The notes beneath the pieces are model-generated. The model was not told the origin of the DNA and did not search any database. It worked only from the letters and a program-made list of their open reading frames with translations. Positions 63,650 through 64,000 of a stretch of 64,000 bases of DNA are shown one piece after another. The DNA is from Vicugna vicugna (Eukaryota). Made by a program: the position numbers and the translations under genes. Within the stretch, counting starts at the first letter, position 1. Each line of letters opens with the position of its first letter. The DNA is taken from the NCBI GenBank assembly GCA_013265495.1, contig MU058781.1, positions 6,724,522 through 6,788,521 of the forward strand, written 5' to 3'.

Positions 63650-64000
63650 CAGGGCTTTTCAACCTTGGCTACACATGAAAATCAACTGCCAACCATGTGA
63701 GTTAACCACCTTGGACAGTCAACCCGGTCAAGCCTTCAGATGACTCTGCCCTCAGATTTCTAGTCTTTACAGATGCGACCCCAGGGATGGTGGAGACAAG
63801 TCATATCTACTCCGTCTGAATTTCTGACCCACAGAGTCCAGGAGCAGATGGTGGTTTCAGACCACCAACTTTGGGACTGATCCGTTAAAAACAACAGTAA
63901 CTGGGACACGTGGGAAGCGTTTAAAACGCCCAATGCCTAAGGTACACTACAGCCCAATTAAGCCAGAAACTCGGGGAAGGACCCAGGCATCTATTTTTAA
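63650..64000. mobile_element. MER5-like MITE interrupted by an MLT1 (MaLR) LTR fragment at about 63685-63908
   Basis: MER5 left part cagggcttttcaaccttggctacacatgaaaatca; MLT1 piece catgtgagttaaccaccttgga...gccttcagatgac...ctgaatttctgacccacagagtcc...gtaactgggaca; MER5 resumes at gtgggaagcgtttaaaa...cccaggcatctatttttaa. Confidence 0.7.

Noticed and set aside
1..64000. CRISPR arrays, operons, rRNA, NUMTs or known miRNA hairpins
   Set aside because: Eukaryotic repeat-rich DNA with no spaced direct-repeat array. Only short chance matches to miRNA sequences were seen, for example aagagaccgg at 6789.

Overview
Mammalian genomic DNA, most likely camelid (camel/alpaca/llama): it carries two tRNA-Ala-derived Vic-1-type SINEs and young cetartiodactyl-type L1 3' ends, and I saw no Alu, BovB/Bov-A or PRE-1 elements. 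I could not support any protein-coding exon, RNA gene or CpG island, and most ORFs in the supplied track are chance ORFs or repeat remnants. The window looks like the interior of a large intron of an unidentified gene transcribed on the minus strand: the + strand is A-rich, most L1s and LTRs lie on +, and the best splice signals are on -. It is dense with interspersed repeats (L1, L2, MIR, MER5/MER103 hAT MITEs, a MER2-like Tigger MITE, and MER21, MER34, MLT1 and MER41-like solo LTRs). The most interesting observations are: (1) a candidate 13-nt minus-strand microexon at 4748-4760 with a 102-nt AG-exclusion zone, distant branch point, UGC repeats and a downstream RBFOX motif; (2) a ~1.2 kb fossil Charlie/hAT transposase under the longest ORF (55180-56430); (3) a 229-bp L1-mediated insertion of unrecognised cargo with 16-bp target-site duplications (47673-47901); (4) a perfect DR4 + E-box + MEF2 motif cluster (32567-32731); (5) an L1 with an internal deletion that maps to GT..AG boundaries. 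Repeat family names come from my recollection of consensus sequences, and repeat boundaries are approximate unless TSDs or TIRs are quoted.
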